DNA of 64,000 nucleotides from Thermoflexus hugenholtzii JAD2 (GCA_945903275.1 CAMDNW010000002.1:75829-139828), one strand, 5' to 3'; shown: positions 21,263 to 32,281, counted from the first letter of the stretch. Made by a program: numbers and translations. The notes: generated by a model from the letters alone, not told the origin.

Positions 21263-22264
21263 GTGTTCCACTCGCTGTGGGCTATGTACAGTCCACAGGG
21301 GCAAGCGGGCAGCGTCGCAGCATGGCGCAGTGCGGAGCCAACAGCCGTGGAGCAGCGTGTCGAGGCATTCCTCCACTACATGTCCGCCGAGCGCGGCGCA
21401 TCCAAGAACACGATCGATGCGTACCGCAACGACCTCACCCGATTTACCGAATTCACCGCGGAGCACACCGGCAAAGACGGCGCGAGCGCATCCATCGAAA
21501 CGATCAGCCGCGACCTGATCACGAACTACATCCTCTGGCTGCGCAACGGGAACCAGTACGCCGCCGCGACCGTGGCGCGCAAAGTTGCGGCCGTGAAGTC
21601 GTTCTGCGCATTCCTGCTGGATCACGGCGAGATCACCAGCAACCCGACCGCCTCGATTGACTCACCACGCGCGCCGAAGTCGGTGCCGCACCCGATGAGT
21701 ACCACCGATGTCGACTCGCTGCTGCGGGAGCCGACGCGCCACGCCAGCCCCGAAGCGGTGCGCGATGCGGCGATGCTGGAACTCATGTACGCGACAGGGA
21801 TGCGCGTGACGGAACTAGTCTCGCTGAACATGGACAGCTTGCACCTGCCGCCCGGCCCAGCGTACGTCCGCTGCCTGGGCAAGGGTGCGAAGGAGCGCAG
21901 CATCCCCGTCTACGAGCAGGCTGTGGCCGCGGTGGAGACGTACCTCGACCACGCCCGCGCAGCGCTGCTGAAGGATCGCCAGCAGGCCGCGCTGTTCGTA
22001 AACCGGCGGGGCGAGCGGCTGACCCGGCAGGGCTTCTGGCTGATCCTGAAGGGCTACGCCAAGACCGCCGGCATCGACGCGAGCGTAACGCCGCACACAC
22101 TGCGCCATTCGTTCGCCACGCACATGCTGCGCGGCGGCGCGTCCGTGCGCGACGTGCAGGAGTTACTGGGCCACGCCAACGTCTCGACGACGCAGGTGTA
22201 CACGCAGTTGGCCGACGCACACCTCCGCGAGGTGTTTGAGACGGCGCATCCGCGAGCGCACTGA
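21263..22264 (+). CDS. xerD: site-specific tyrosine recombinase, Xer family (XerD-like)
   Basis: Catalytic R, H-x-x-R and Y blocks are present: ATGMRVTEL, HTLRHSFATHML, LLGHANVSTTQVYTQL. Confidence 0.85.
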   Translation: MFHSLWAMYSPQGQAGSVAAWRSAEPTAVEQRVEAFLHYMSAERGASKNTIDAYRNDLTRFTEFTAEHTGKDGASASIETISRDLITNYILWLRNGNQYAAATVARKVAAVKSFCAFLLDHGEITSNPTASIDSPRAPKSVPHPMSTTDVDSLLREPTRHASPEAVRDAAMLELMYATGMRVTELVSLNMDSLHLPPGPAYVRCLGKGAKERSIPVYEQAVAAVETYLDHARAALLKDRQQAALFVNRRGERLTRQGFWLILKGYAKTAGIDASVTPHTLRHSFATHMLRGGASVRDVQELLGHANVSTTQVYTQLADAHLREVFETAHPRAH

Positions 22265-22326
22265 GCACTGATTGGGAGCGGCGGCTGCCGTAGGAAGTCC
22301 TCGAACCTCAACTTACTGACGGCGTC

Positions 22327-22845
22327 GTGGTCATCCGTCCGCCGATAGTTGCCGACGCCTATTCGTGGTGGGCAGGCGAGGACGACGACCAGTGGCATTG
22401 GCTCTGGAATGAAGCCAGTTACGACACGTTTCCTCGCGCAAGCATGCTTGAAGGCGTCACGGAATTCATCGCGTCCTTAGAAAAGGAGTGGCAGGCTGGG
22501 GACAGCGCTCGGCGCATGTTCGGCGTTCGCGAGAGAGCGAGTGACACGCTCGTTGGGTTCATCGAGCTGCGGATCTGCGAGGATAAACGGGCCAATCTAT
22601 CGTGGGGCGTGTACCCGCCCTACCGGCGCCGCGGCTACGCCAGACATGCAAGCGCGCTTGCGATCGAGTACGCGCGGACGCACATGCCGGTTAAGGCCGT
22701 CGTCGGCATCATCGACGAGGAGAACATGGCCTCGAGACGAATGGCAGAAGCTGCAGGTTTCGTGCTCGATGGCCCCGCAGAACGGTGGGAGTACGGCGAC
22801 GAGACTGACGGCCATATGCTGCGCTACGTCCTGCCGCTCCGGTGA
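22327..22845 (+). CDS. GNAT-family N-acetyltransferase
   Basis: The acetyl-CoA-binding motif A region RRRGYARHASALAIEYA is present, and the fold length fits a GNAT. Confidence 0.8.
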   Translation: MVIRPPIVADAYSWWAGEDDDQWHWLWNEASYDTFPRASMLEGVTEFIASLEKEWQAGDSARRMFGVRERASDTLVGFIELRICEDKRANLSWGVYPPYRRRGYARHASALAIEYARTHMPVKAVVGIIDEENMASRRMAEAAGFVLDGPAERWEYGDETDGHMLRYVLPLR

Positions 22846-22893
22846 ATCGCACCACCCCGCCACACCCCCTACCATGTGCATCCCGACAGGTGA

Positions 22894-24195
<1,302 letters not shown>

Positions 24196-24221
24196 TCGTC
24201 CCGTATCAAAGGAACTCGCAT

Positions 24222-24881
24222 ATGGCGGAGAAACTCAAGCAGGGCGACAAGTTACCGCCACTCACACTGCACCTCACCGATGGGTCGACGCTTGAACTCC
24301 CCGCGGGCCTACCGGGCCGCTATCTCGCGCTGCTGTCGTATCGCGGCCACTGGTGCCCGTACTGCCGCCGCCAACTGGCGAGTTACCAGGCGCACCTCGA
24401 TGAACTGACCGAACTCGGCGTCACGGTAGTCGCGATGGCAGGCGACATACAGGAGCAGGCGCAGGAGCTGATCGCTAACCTCGGACTCACCTACCCAGTC
24501 GCATACGGCCTCACCGACGCCGACCTCGCGGAGTTCGACCCGTGGTTCGGCGATGACAATCACGGGCACTACACCCAACCGATGGAGTTGCTGGTGCTGC
24601 GTGGCGGCACAATCTTCGGTGCGATGTACGCCTCAGGCCCGATCGGCCGCATGGGGGTGGACGAGGTACTGAACGCGGTGCGCGGGCGCGAGCGGCGGCG
24701 GCTGGAGCAGGCGACGACGCCCGCCTCGGAGCAGGACTCGATGCGGAACGGGCTGCGCAAGGCGTTGCAACGCGAGGACAAGACACGCAAGGTCCGTGAG
24801 ATGCCGAAGCACGGGCGCTCGCTGATACACATCCTGAACGCGATCACGAAGCGGGCGCAGCAGCACGAGACGGCGCCGTAA
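24222..24881 (+). CDS. thioredoxin-fold thiol-disulfide oxidoreductase (AhpC/TSA-redoxin family, WCPYC motif) with a charged C-terminal extension
   Basis: LLSYRGHWCPYCRRQL CxxC active site in a redoxin-like fold. The last ~60 aa are R/E-rich. Confidence 0.6.
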   Translation: MAEKLKQGDKLPPLTLHLTDGSTLELPAGLPGRYLALLSYRGHWCPYCRRQLASYQAHLDELTELGVTVVAMAGDIQEQAQELIANLGLTYPVAYGLTDADLAEFDPWFGDDNHGHYTQPMELLVLRGGTIFGAMYASGPIGRMGVDEVLNAVRGRERRRLEQATTPASEQDSMRNGLRKALQREDKTRKVREMPKHGRSLIHILNAITKRAQQHETAP

Positions 24882-24895
24882 CAGAAAGTGAAGCG

Positions 24896-25813
24896 ATGAC
24901 CGTCCCCACACACGCGCACGGCGACGAGATGCCGATCCTCGACCCGCCGCAGCGGGTGTCGGGGATGCGGGTACCCGAGGCTGCTTCGTGGGTGCCAACC
25001 GGGAAGCCGGAGGGGCTAGCGGCGACCTCGGAGGATGCGTGGCGGCAGACGGGGTTCGTACTGGGTGGCGACCTGCGGCTGATCGAGGCGGGGATGCGGC
25101 TGCAACTGCAACTGGTGGGCAGCGGTTACACACCGGCCGCGCGCACGATGACGATGGCAGCGTTCGCCTCGCTGTGGAGCCGCGCCTTCTCATGCCTCGA
25201 TGACGCGGTCGCGCTAACGCGGCGCGGCGCGTATCAGTCGGCGCTGCCGCTGGTGCGGCAGGCGGTCGAGCATATTGCGGCGCAAGCGCAGTTGGGCGAG
25301 GAGCTCGACGCGTTCAAGGTGTGGGCGCACCGCGCCTACGCGCGGCATCCCGAGGCACGCGCGGAGGAGGTGGGCCTCGGTCACTACTTCGGGGGCGAGG
25401 CGATCGCGGTGGACGAGCAGTTGCGGGTGATCTACCGGGCGGCTTCGGACCTGGGGCGGCCGAACTTCGGGCCGACCGCGCTGTTCGTGGCCAATGAGGC
25501 GTCGCACGAGCGGTACCCGTTGATCTTCGCGGACAGTGCATTCCACTTCGGGTGGGCACAACTGCTGCTCGGCTGGGTGCTGCGCTGCGGGACGAAGCAG
25601 TTACATATCGCGATGCACACGCGGCAGCAATTCCCGGCCACGCAGCCGGTGCGGGACGAGGTCGTCGCGCACGTCGCGGCCGTCGATGCGGCACTGGCCG
25701 ACGAGGCACGCTGCCGCATTGAGGAGTACGTGGACGACGAGGGGCGACGGCGCCACCTGATCGTGCAGTTCCGCCGTCAGCCCTCGGACGCGACGAAGCG
25801 TCTGCTGCTCTAG
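24896..25813 (+). CDS. hypothetical protein (no recognisable domain)
   Basis: 305-aa ORF with normal codon usage, 15 nt downstream of the redoxin gene. No motif was recognised by eye. Confidence 0.5.
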   Translation: MTVPTHAHGDEMPILDPPQRVSGMRVPEAASWVPTGKPEGLAATSEDAWRQTGFVLGGDLRLIEAGMRLQLQLVGSGYTPAARTMTMAAFASLWSRAFSCLDDAVALTRRGAYQSALPLVRQAVEHIAAQAQLGEELDAFKVWAHRAYARHPEARAEEVGLGHYFGGEAIAVDEQLRVIYRAASDLGRPNFGPTALFVANEASHERYPLIFADSAFHFGWAQLLLGWVLRCGTKQLHIAMHTRQQFPATQPVRDEVVAHVAAVDAALADEARCRIEEYVDDEGRRRHLIVQFRRQPSDATKRLLL

Positions 25814-25974
25814 GGCGCCCCCGAGAACACCGCGAGCCCGATCAACACCACCACCACGGCGAAGGCCATCATGCGTCCGGCGGCTATCGCGGTCTTCAGA
25901 GCGATCGTGCCGATGAGGACGACACAAATCGCGCCCATGATCAGCGCATACACCAGCGGTGAGACATCAGACAT
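25810..25974 (-). CDS. small two-helix membrane protein
   Basis: 54 aa from ATG 25974 (MSDVSPLVYALIMGAICVVLIGTIAL...AFAVVVVLIGLAVFSG), with two hydrophobic helices. It starts 1 nt after the GNAT-pseudogene stop and overlaps the convergent ORF end by 4 nt. Confidence 0.4.
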   Translation of the reverse strand: MSDVSPLVYALIMGAICVVLIGTIALKTAIAAGRMMAFAVVVVLIGLAVFSGAP

Positions 25975-25975
25975 C

Positions 25976-26651
25976 TCAGACTCCCTGTGGCTCGGTGACG
26001 GCAGCGAGCAACTTCGCCTGAAACGCGTCAACATCGAGACTCATGATCTGGAGATCGTGGAACGCGCCGTCGTGATCCATGACGTGGCGCTTGAGCACCG
26101 CCTCGCGCTCGAAGACAGCGGTCGCCGACTGCTGGTCGGTGGTCATCTGCCTCATCATCTTCTTCACGCCACGCTGTTTTGCCATCGCGAACGCCTGCTT
26201 GGTGAACAGCCGCCCGGCGCCTTTGCCGCGCATGGAGGGCGAGACCACAATGCGTAGTTCGCCGAGGTGGCGTGTCCAGTTCAGCCCCTTTGAGACGACC
26301 GCGGTGTAGCCGACCAGTTCGCCACTGTGCAGTGCGAGCACCGTGTCGGAGAGGCTCTCGGCAGCGTCGCGCAGCCAGCCTTCGACCTGCGCCGGCTGGG
26401 TGATATCGCGGCGTAGGAACAGCAGGTCGTGTGGCGGGAGCGCGTGACGAACGCGAGGATCAGCGGGCCGTCGCCCTGTTCGAGGCGACGCAGGTGCAGG
26501 CTGGCCTCACCCGCGTGATATCCATCGGCAGCGCGAGCGCTTCGCGGGGCTGCTCGGCGGCAGCCTCGATCAACCGCCAGAGATCGCCCCACGAGGAAGC
26601 GATGGCATCGGCAGTCTCGGTGGTGGCCTGACTGGCAGTGGCGAAGTTCAT
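25976..26651 (-). pseudogene. GNAT acetyltransferase, frameshifted tandem paralogue of the gene at 27036..27710
   Basis: Three consecutive frames each match the intact downstream paralogue. MNF...AAEQPREALALPMDITRV (frame A) stops, GEASLHLRRLEQGDGPLILAFVTRS continues in frame B, and HDLLFLRRDITQPAQVEGW...GYTAVVSKGLNWTRH...LQIMSLDVDAFQAKL continues in frame C. That implies at least two frameshifts within ~120 bp. Confidence 0.6.
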
Positions 26652-27035
26652 CGCTCACGTTGCTCTCGCCCGCGGGCGGGCGGAGGGTGTCGAGGGAGGC
26701 GAGTTTCACCTAGGCAAGCGCGCGGCTCTGGCCAGCCATCGCCTCCTCCATCAGCGGCGCGTACGGGCCACTGAGCAAGGCGTCCGCATCGGCCGCGACC
26801 GAGCCGAGCTAGTTAGAGTGCCTGAAAGCGGCCGATGGCCATCTCATTCACCAATCGCTGCGGGATCAAGGCGCCTAGGCGGCTCGCTTCGTCGCTCGCA
26901 CCCGTCAGGACATCGTAGCCGTGCTGGAGCGCGTCAAGGTACTGATGCAGGCGCGAGCCATGGTCATGAGCGTCTCCTTATTCTGCGCGGGCGCAGTGCT
27001 CACGCGCTTCAAGGCATTGCGGCGCGGCAGATCTC

Positions 27036-27710
27036 CTATGACGGCCCGGCGAGCGCGGCTTGAGCGAGTAGTTCCATCGCCACCAGTTTCGCCTCGAAAT
27101 CTTCAATGTCGAGGCTCATGATCTGGAGGTCGTGCAAGGCGCCTTCCCGGTCGACGACCTGGTTGTGCAGGCGCGCCTCCTGTTCGAAGCCAAGCGTCTC
27201 GAAGATGCGCATCGCTGATTCCTGACCGACGGTCATCTGCGCAATCATCTTGCGAGCACCCTGTTCTTTCGCGATCGCGAAGGCTTGCTCGATAAGCAGC
27301 CGCCCGAGGTGCTTGCCGCGCATCGAGGCGGACACGAGCACGCGCAGTTCGCGCACGTGCCGTGTCCACGCCAAGCCGTCGGAAGCGACCGTTGCGTAGC
27401 CGACGATCACGGAGCCAGAGACGGCGACCACGGTGGTTAGGAGGCCCCGGCGCGCGTCATCAAGCCATGCGTCGATCTGCACCGGGTCGGTGATGTCGCG
27501 GCGGAGGAAGAGCAGGTCGCCGGGCGGCAGTGCCCGCGCGAACATCAGCAACGCCGGGGCGTCATCAGGCGCGAGATAGCGCAGGGTGACGGGGGCGCCT
27601 TCAACATCGATTTCTGTCGGCAGCGCGAGAGGCTGCCGGGGCTGGGCGATGGCTTGTTCAGCTACCTGCCAGCCAGGACCGAAGACCAGGGCACGTACCC
27701 ACCTAAACAT
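27036..27710 (-). CDS. GNAT-family acetyltransferase (intact paralogue)
   Basis: 224-aa ORF. GYATVASDGLAWTRHVRELRVLVSASMRGKHLGRLL carries the acetyl-CoA motif A (R-x-x-G-x-G/A). Confidence 0.8.
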   Translation of the reverse strand: MFRWVRALVFGPGWQVAEQAIAQPRQPLALPTEIDVEGAPVTLRYLAPDDAPALLMFARALPPGDLLFLRRDITDPVQIDAWLDDARRGLLTTVVAVSGSVIVGYATVASDGLAWTRHVRELRVLVSASMRGKHLGRLLIEQAFAIAKEQGARKMIAQMTVGQESAMRIFETLGFEQEARLHNQVVDREGALHDLQIMSLDIEDFEAKLVAMELLAQAALAGPS

Positions 27711-27918
27711 TGTCCATCTCCGGTTCTGCTTGCTGCCTCAGACTGGGGCGAAGCGGCAATCAGGGCGTACAGACAGGATCAGTATATACCTATTCGATGG
27801 CCCGTGAGGGACTCGGATCTGCCTACCCGCTAGAGGCCCACCGGGGGCCGCGCTACAATTCCTCAACCCTCCCCATGCCTCGTTTTATCGAGACTATCGA
27901 GCGCCAGAGGAGTAAGCG

Positions 27919-28944
27919 GTGCCCGACAAGAAACTTCGTGTTGCGATCAATGGACTAGGCCGCACCGGGAGGCAGGTCGTGCGCGCCTGGTGGGACAATC
28001 ACCGGGACAACTTCGACCTCGTGGCCATCAACGGCCGCAGCGATGCCGCCATGCATGCCCACCTGCTGAAGTATGACAGCGACTACGGTCGCTTCCCCGC
28101 GGTCATCGAGGCCGGCAAAGAGTCGCTCAGCATCGGCGGGCGCGAGGTACGCGTCTTCGCGCAGGACGACCCCGAGCAGATCGACTGGAACAGCGCCGCC
28201 GTTGATGTGGTCATCGAGGCGACAGGCGAATTCGACTACCGCGAGGGGTCGATGAAGCACCTGCGCGGCAGCGTGAAGAAAGTAATTATCACCGCGAACG
28301 CCAAGGATGAGGACTGGATGGTCATTTTGGGCGTGAACCACGAGGAGTACGACCCGGCGCGGCACCACATCATCTCCAACGGCTCGTGCACAACGAACTG
28401 CGTGGTGCCGATGGTGAAAGTGCTGCATGACGCGTTTGGCGTGAAGCGCGGACTGATGACGACGATTCACTCGTACACGCGCGACCAGAACCTGGTGGAC
28501 GCGAAGCACGGCGACCTGCGCCGCGCGCGGGCCGCAGGCCTCAACATCATTCCGACCTCGACCGGAGCCGCGCGCTCCGTCGGGCGGATCATCCCGGAAC
28601 TCGAAGGTAAGATGAATGGCCTCGCGTACCGCGTACCGACGCCGACAGTGTCCGTGGTCGACCTTGTGACCGACCTGCAGGACAAGGTTTCCAAAGAATC
28701 GGTAAACGAGGCATTCCTGGCCGCGGCGGAAGGGCCCTTAAAAGGCTACCTCTATTACGAGAAGGAAGAACTGGTCTCGACGGACTTCCGCAGCCACCCG
28801 GGTTCCGCGATCTTCGACGGGCCGGGGACGATGGTGCTGGACGACGACATGGTGAAGACGATGGGCTGGTACGACAACGAGTACGGCTACGCCTGTCGCA
28901 TCGCCGACCTCGTCACGTTCATCGGGGAGCGCGGGCTCGAATAA
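27919..28944 (+). CDS. gap: type I glyceraldehyde-3-phosphate dehydrogenase
   Basis: INGLGRTGR NAD-binding N-terminus and the SCTTNC catalytic-cysteine block. Confidence 0.95.
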   Translation: MPDKKLRVAINGLGRTGRQVVRAWWDNHRDNFDLVAINGRSDAAMHAHLLKYDSDYGRFPAVIEAGKESLSIGGREVRVFAQDDPEQIDWNSAAVDVVIEATGEFDYREGSMKHLRGSVKKVIITANAKDEDWMVILGVNHEEYDPARHHIISNGSCTTNCVVPMVKVLHDAFGVKRGLMTTIHSYTRDQNLVDAKHGDLRRARAAGLNIIPTSTGAARSVGRIIPELEGKMNGLAYRVPTPTVSVVDLVTDLQDKVSKESVNEAFLAAAEGPLKGYLYYEKEELVSTDFRSHPGSAIFDGPGTMVLDDDMVKTMGWYDNEYGYACRIADLVTFIGERGLE

Positions 28945-29056
28945 CGCGTACCTATAGGCGTGACATCGAGGGGCGCCCTGTGGCGCCCTTCGTGTTTCCG
29001 GCAGGACATCACAGGTGCGAGGCAAACTTTTCGAGTGCGCTTCGCGTTACAGGGAT

Positions 29057-29236
29057 ATGAGTACGACGACGAAAATCCGCCACATTGGCCTTAGTCTGGG
29101 TGCGCTGGCGCTGTTGGGCCTCGCTGCCGCGTGCTACGAGGCTGGGACCGCACACCGACGCCGCAGCCGACGGCCACGGTGCGCTCCGACCCGACGGCGA
29201 CGCCAGCAGGCACGCCGAGTGTCTCGCCTACCGTGA
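29057..29236 (+). CDS. possible small lipoprotein fragment (signal peptide with lipobox, Pro/Thr-rich tail in an alternative frame)
   Basis: MSTTTKIRHIGLSLGALALLGLAAAC has n-, h- and LAAAC lipobox regions. The downstream sequence reads TPTPQPTATV...PTATPGAG in the +1 frame, so the gene is either frameshifted or a remnant. Confidence 0.25.
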   Translation: MSTTTKIRHIGLSLGALALLGLAAACYEAGTAHRRRSRRPRCAPTRRRRQQARRVSRLP

Positions 29237-29382
29237 CGGCGACGGTCACCACATCGGCGCCCACCGCAACACCGGGGGCGGGGTGATCGGAGGTTTAGGA
29301 AGTTTTATATAGGTTGGGCGCGAATACAGCGACGCCGAGGCATCCTGCCTCGGCGTCGTGGTGTCGGGGCGCGTGCCGGGGT

Positions 29383-29547
29383 TTAGCCGACGGTGCGGGT
29401 GACGCGGGAGTCGATGAGTTCCGGCTCGGGGTTGTTGTCGTTGTGGGCGGTGAGGATGTGCTGACGGGCCTGGTGGCGCACCTGCGAGCGGACGGTGTTG
29501 GCGAAGGTAAAGCTGCAGTCGCACTTGTAGGTGTAGGTGTCAAGCAT
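29383..29547 (-). CDS. DUF1059-like small protein
   Basis: 54-aa ORF preceded by AAGGGGG-N6-ATG. The pattern YKCDCSFTFANT...HQARQHILTAH resembles the C-x-DC-x-F...H-x4-H pattern of DUF1059. Confidence 0.5.
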   Translation of the reverse strand: MLDTYTYKCDCSFTFANTVRSQVRHQARQHILTAHNDNNPEPELIDSRVTRTVG

Positions 29548-30016
29548 TAGGAACCCCCTTAGTCTCGGAAGGATTTGTAACGGAAAGCGGGGGGAAAGGG
29601 AAGGGGATGCGGGGGCGAAGCGGGGATCGGCGGGTGACGTGAGGTATCGTGCAAGGCCGAGGGATTCCGGAGGTGGTTCGACACGGTGCGCCGCAAGCGG
29701 CACTCCGGCTCACCACGAGCGGAGTGGACAAGGCGGGCTACGTATCGGGGTTGAGGTTCTTGTTGCGGCTGTGGCGGGCGAGTGTGTGGATGGTGTTTCA
29801 GTCGCTGCCGATCAGGACTTCTTTCTTTGCGCGAGACCAGCGTTTGATCTGCACTTCGGCAGCAAGGGCTTCGTCGCGGGTGGGGAAGGGTTGGCGTGTA
29901 ACAAGAACGGGAATTGGAGGATCGCACGCGAGATGAATCGCTCAGAGGTTGACTACACCGACCTCGAACAGTTTCTGAAGACGCTGGCTTCGGCAGCCAT
30001 GCCGTAAACTTCCATC

Positions 30017-31360
30017 ATGCTTGACGCACTTTCTGAACGACTGCAGTCCACGTTTCGCCGCTTAGGGACGCACGGGAAGATTACCGAGGCGGACTTGGAT
30101 GCGGCGCTGCGCGAGGTGCGAGTGGCGCTGCTAGAGGCAGACGTCAATTTCCGGGTGGTGCGGGACTTTATTGCGGCGGTGCGGGAGCGGGCGCTGGGGC
30201 AGGATGTGATGCAGTCGATCACGCCGGCGCAGCAGGTGATCGGGGTGGTGCACCAGCAATTGATCGCGATCCTGGGTGGCGACCAGACGCCATTGCAGCG
30301 GGCGTCACAGGGGCCGACGAAGATCATCGTGTGCGGGATCAAAGGCAGCGGGAAGACGACGCTGGTCGCGCGCCTAGGGCTGCACCTGAAGTCGCAGGGG
30401 ATGCGGCCGATGCTGGTGGCGACGGACTTCGACCGGGTGGCGGCGACGGAGCAGTTGCAGGTGCTGGGCGAGCAGATCGGCGTGCCGGTCTACAGCGAAG
30501 TGAAGGAAGCACCAGCCGCGCAAGTGGCGAAGCGAGCGCTGCGCGAGGCAGAGCGGCAGAACTGCAACGCGATCATCGTGGACACGCGGGGCACCGTGAG
30601 CCTCGACGACGAATTCGCGGACGGTCTGGCGGCGCTGGCGGACGAGGTGGACCCGACCGAAGTGCTGATCGCGGTGGACTCGATGACCGGGCAGGAGGCG
30701 GTGAACCTCGCGAAGGAGTTCGACGAGGCGGTGGAGGGCACGGGGATCGTGGTGACGAAAGTGGACTCGGACGCGCGCGGCGGGGCGGTGCTCTCGGTGC
30801 GGTCAGTGACGGGGTTGCCGGTGAAGTTCATCACGACGGGCGAGCGGCTGGAGGCGCTGGAGGCGTTCTACCCGGATCGGTTCGCCTCGCGTGTGCTCGG
30901 CATGGGCGACGTGGTGACGCTGGTGGAGCGGGCGAAGCAAGCGATCGGTGAGCGCGACGCCAAAGAGGTGGCGCGGCGGATGTCGCGGGGCGAGTTCGAC
31001 CTGCAGGACTTCCTGACGCAGATGCAGCAGGTGAAGTCGATGGGGTCCATCACCGGGATGCTGGAGATGATGCCGGGAATGAGCGGGCTGAAGCAGCAGC
31101 TAGGCGGGGCGAACCTAGACGAGAGTTACTTCAAGCAGTCGGAGGCGATCATCCAGTCGATGACGGTGGCGGAGCGGCGGCGGCCGGACATCCTAAACGG
31201 GTCGCGGCGGCGGCGGATCGCGGCGGGGTCGGGGACGACGCCGGCGGACGTGAACCGGCTGATGAACCAGTTCACGCAGGCGAAGAAGCTGATGCAGATG
31301 ATGACCTCGAACAAGAGCGGAGCCGTGGGGCGCGGCCTGCGTGGGCTGCTAGGGTTCTAG
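30017..31360 (+). CDS. ffh: signal recognition particle protein
   Basis: N-domain, then a G-domain with GIKGSGKTT and DTRG motifs, and a Met-rich M-domain (MMPGMSGLKQQ). Confidence 0.95.
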   Translation: MLDALSERLQSTFRRLGTHGKITEADLDAALREVRVALLEADVNFRVVRDFIAAVRERALGQDVMQSITPAQQVIGVVHQQLIAILGGDQTPLQRASQGPTKIIVCGIKGSGKTTLVARLGLHLKSQGMRPMLVATDFDRVAATEQLQVLGEQIGVPVYSEVKEAPAAQVAKRALREAERQNCNAIIVDTRGTVSLDDEFADGLAALADEVDPTEVLIAVDSMTGQEAVNLAKEFDEAVEGTGIVVTKVDSDARGGAVLSVRSVTGLPVKFITTGERLEALEAFYPDRFASRVLGMGDVVTLVERAKQAIGERDAKEVARRMSRGEFDLQDFLTQMQQVKSMGSITGMLEMMPGMSGLKQQLGGANLDESYFKQSEAIIQSMTVAERRRPDILNGSRRRRIAAGSGTTPADVNRLMNQFTQAKKLMQMMTSNKSGAVGRGLRGLLGF

Positions 31361-31556
31361 CCGGGTTCGGACCTAGGGGCCGAGTCGGTTGGGCATCGGG
31401 CGATTCCGGGGCGGCACCTAGCCATATCGGGCTGAATCGGCCACAATTGTAGGCCGATACCGACGACTGAGCGGCGAACGCCGCCTACCTCGATGGTGTA
31501 GTGATAGTGCGATGGGTGCCCGTGGCGAGAGCCGCGCGGCAAGGAATGGGGACCGT

Positions 31557-32027
31557 ATGCTCCGAATGCGTTTGCGCCGAGTCGGCAAGACGAAGCAGCC
31601 ACAGTACCGCGTGATCGTTGCCGACCAGCGCGCCAAACGCGACGGGGACTTTGTGGAGATCTTGGGACACTACAACCCGCGCACGAAGCCGAGCACGTTT
31701 GAGGTGCACGAAGACCGCGTTGCACACTGGCTGGCGCAAGGCGCGCAGCCGTCCGAGACGGTACACCGGCTGCTGCACGAGCGCGGCCTGACGACGATTG
31801 CGCTGCCGACGCGCGTGACGAAGCCCTCGAATGCCGACATTGCGGCCGCGAAGGCTGTCGCCGACGCCGCGGCTGCCGCCGCCGCTGAGAAAGCGGCAGC
31901 CGAGAAAGCAGCCGCGGACGCCGCACTGGCGGAGCAGGAGAAGGCCGCCGCCGAGGAGGCTGCTGTGCAGCAGGCGGGGGCTGAGGCGGAGTTCACGGAG
32001 AACCTCGATAAGCCGGCCGCTTCCTAG
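31557..32027 (+). CDS. rpsP: 30S ribosomal protein S16 with Ala/Glu-rich C-terminal extension
   Basis: MLRMRLRRVGKTKQPQYRVIVAD is the S16 N-terminus. ~65 extra C-terminal residues are low-complexity (AAAEKAAAEKAAADAALAEQEKAAAEEAA). Confidence 0.9.
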   Translation: MLRMRLRRVGKTKQPQYRVIVADQRAKRDGDFVEILGHYNPRTKPSTFEVHEDRVAHWLAQGAQPSETVHRLLHERGLTTIALPTRVTKPSNADIAAAKAVADAAAAAAAEKAAAEKAAADAALAEQEKAAAEEAAVQQAGAEAEFTENLDKPAAS

Positions 32028-32053
32028 CGGCGCGTAACGAAAGCAGCGTCACG

Positions 32054-32281
32054 ATGAAGGCACTCGTCGAATACTTGGCACGCGCGCTGGTGAGGAACCC
32101 TGAAGAGGTGACCGTTGAGGAGGAGCACTTGGGGGATCGGGTGATCTTGCGGGTGCATGTGTCGGATGAGGACAAGGGGCGGATCATCGGGCGTGAGGGC
32201 CGCATCGCGAATGCGATCCGGAGCCTGGTGTATGTGGCGGCGACGCGCGCGGGTGTGCGCGCGACGGTGGACATCGACTAG
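32054..32281 (+). CDS. KH-domain RNA-binding protein (UPF0109/YlqC-like)
   Basis: 75 aa with a GRIIGREGRIANAIRSL KH GxxG loop, in the conserved rpsP-KH-rimM neighbourhood. Confidence 0.8.
   Translation: MKALVEYLARALVRNPEEVTVEEEHLGDRVILRVHVSDEDKGRIIGREGRIANAIRSLVYVAATRAGVRATVDID

Noticed and set aside
26638-27063. 141-aa plus-strand ORF between the two GNAT copies
   Set aside because: Composition is artefactual. The minus strand of the same interval gives more protein-like fragments, reported under the tandem-GNAT finding.
29560-30016. Possible SRP (4.5S) RNA gene upstream of ffh
   Set aside because: The domain IV motif AGGUCAGGUCCGGAAGGAAGCAGC is absent. Only a vague GGAUUCCGGAGGUGG similarity was seen.
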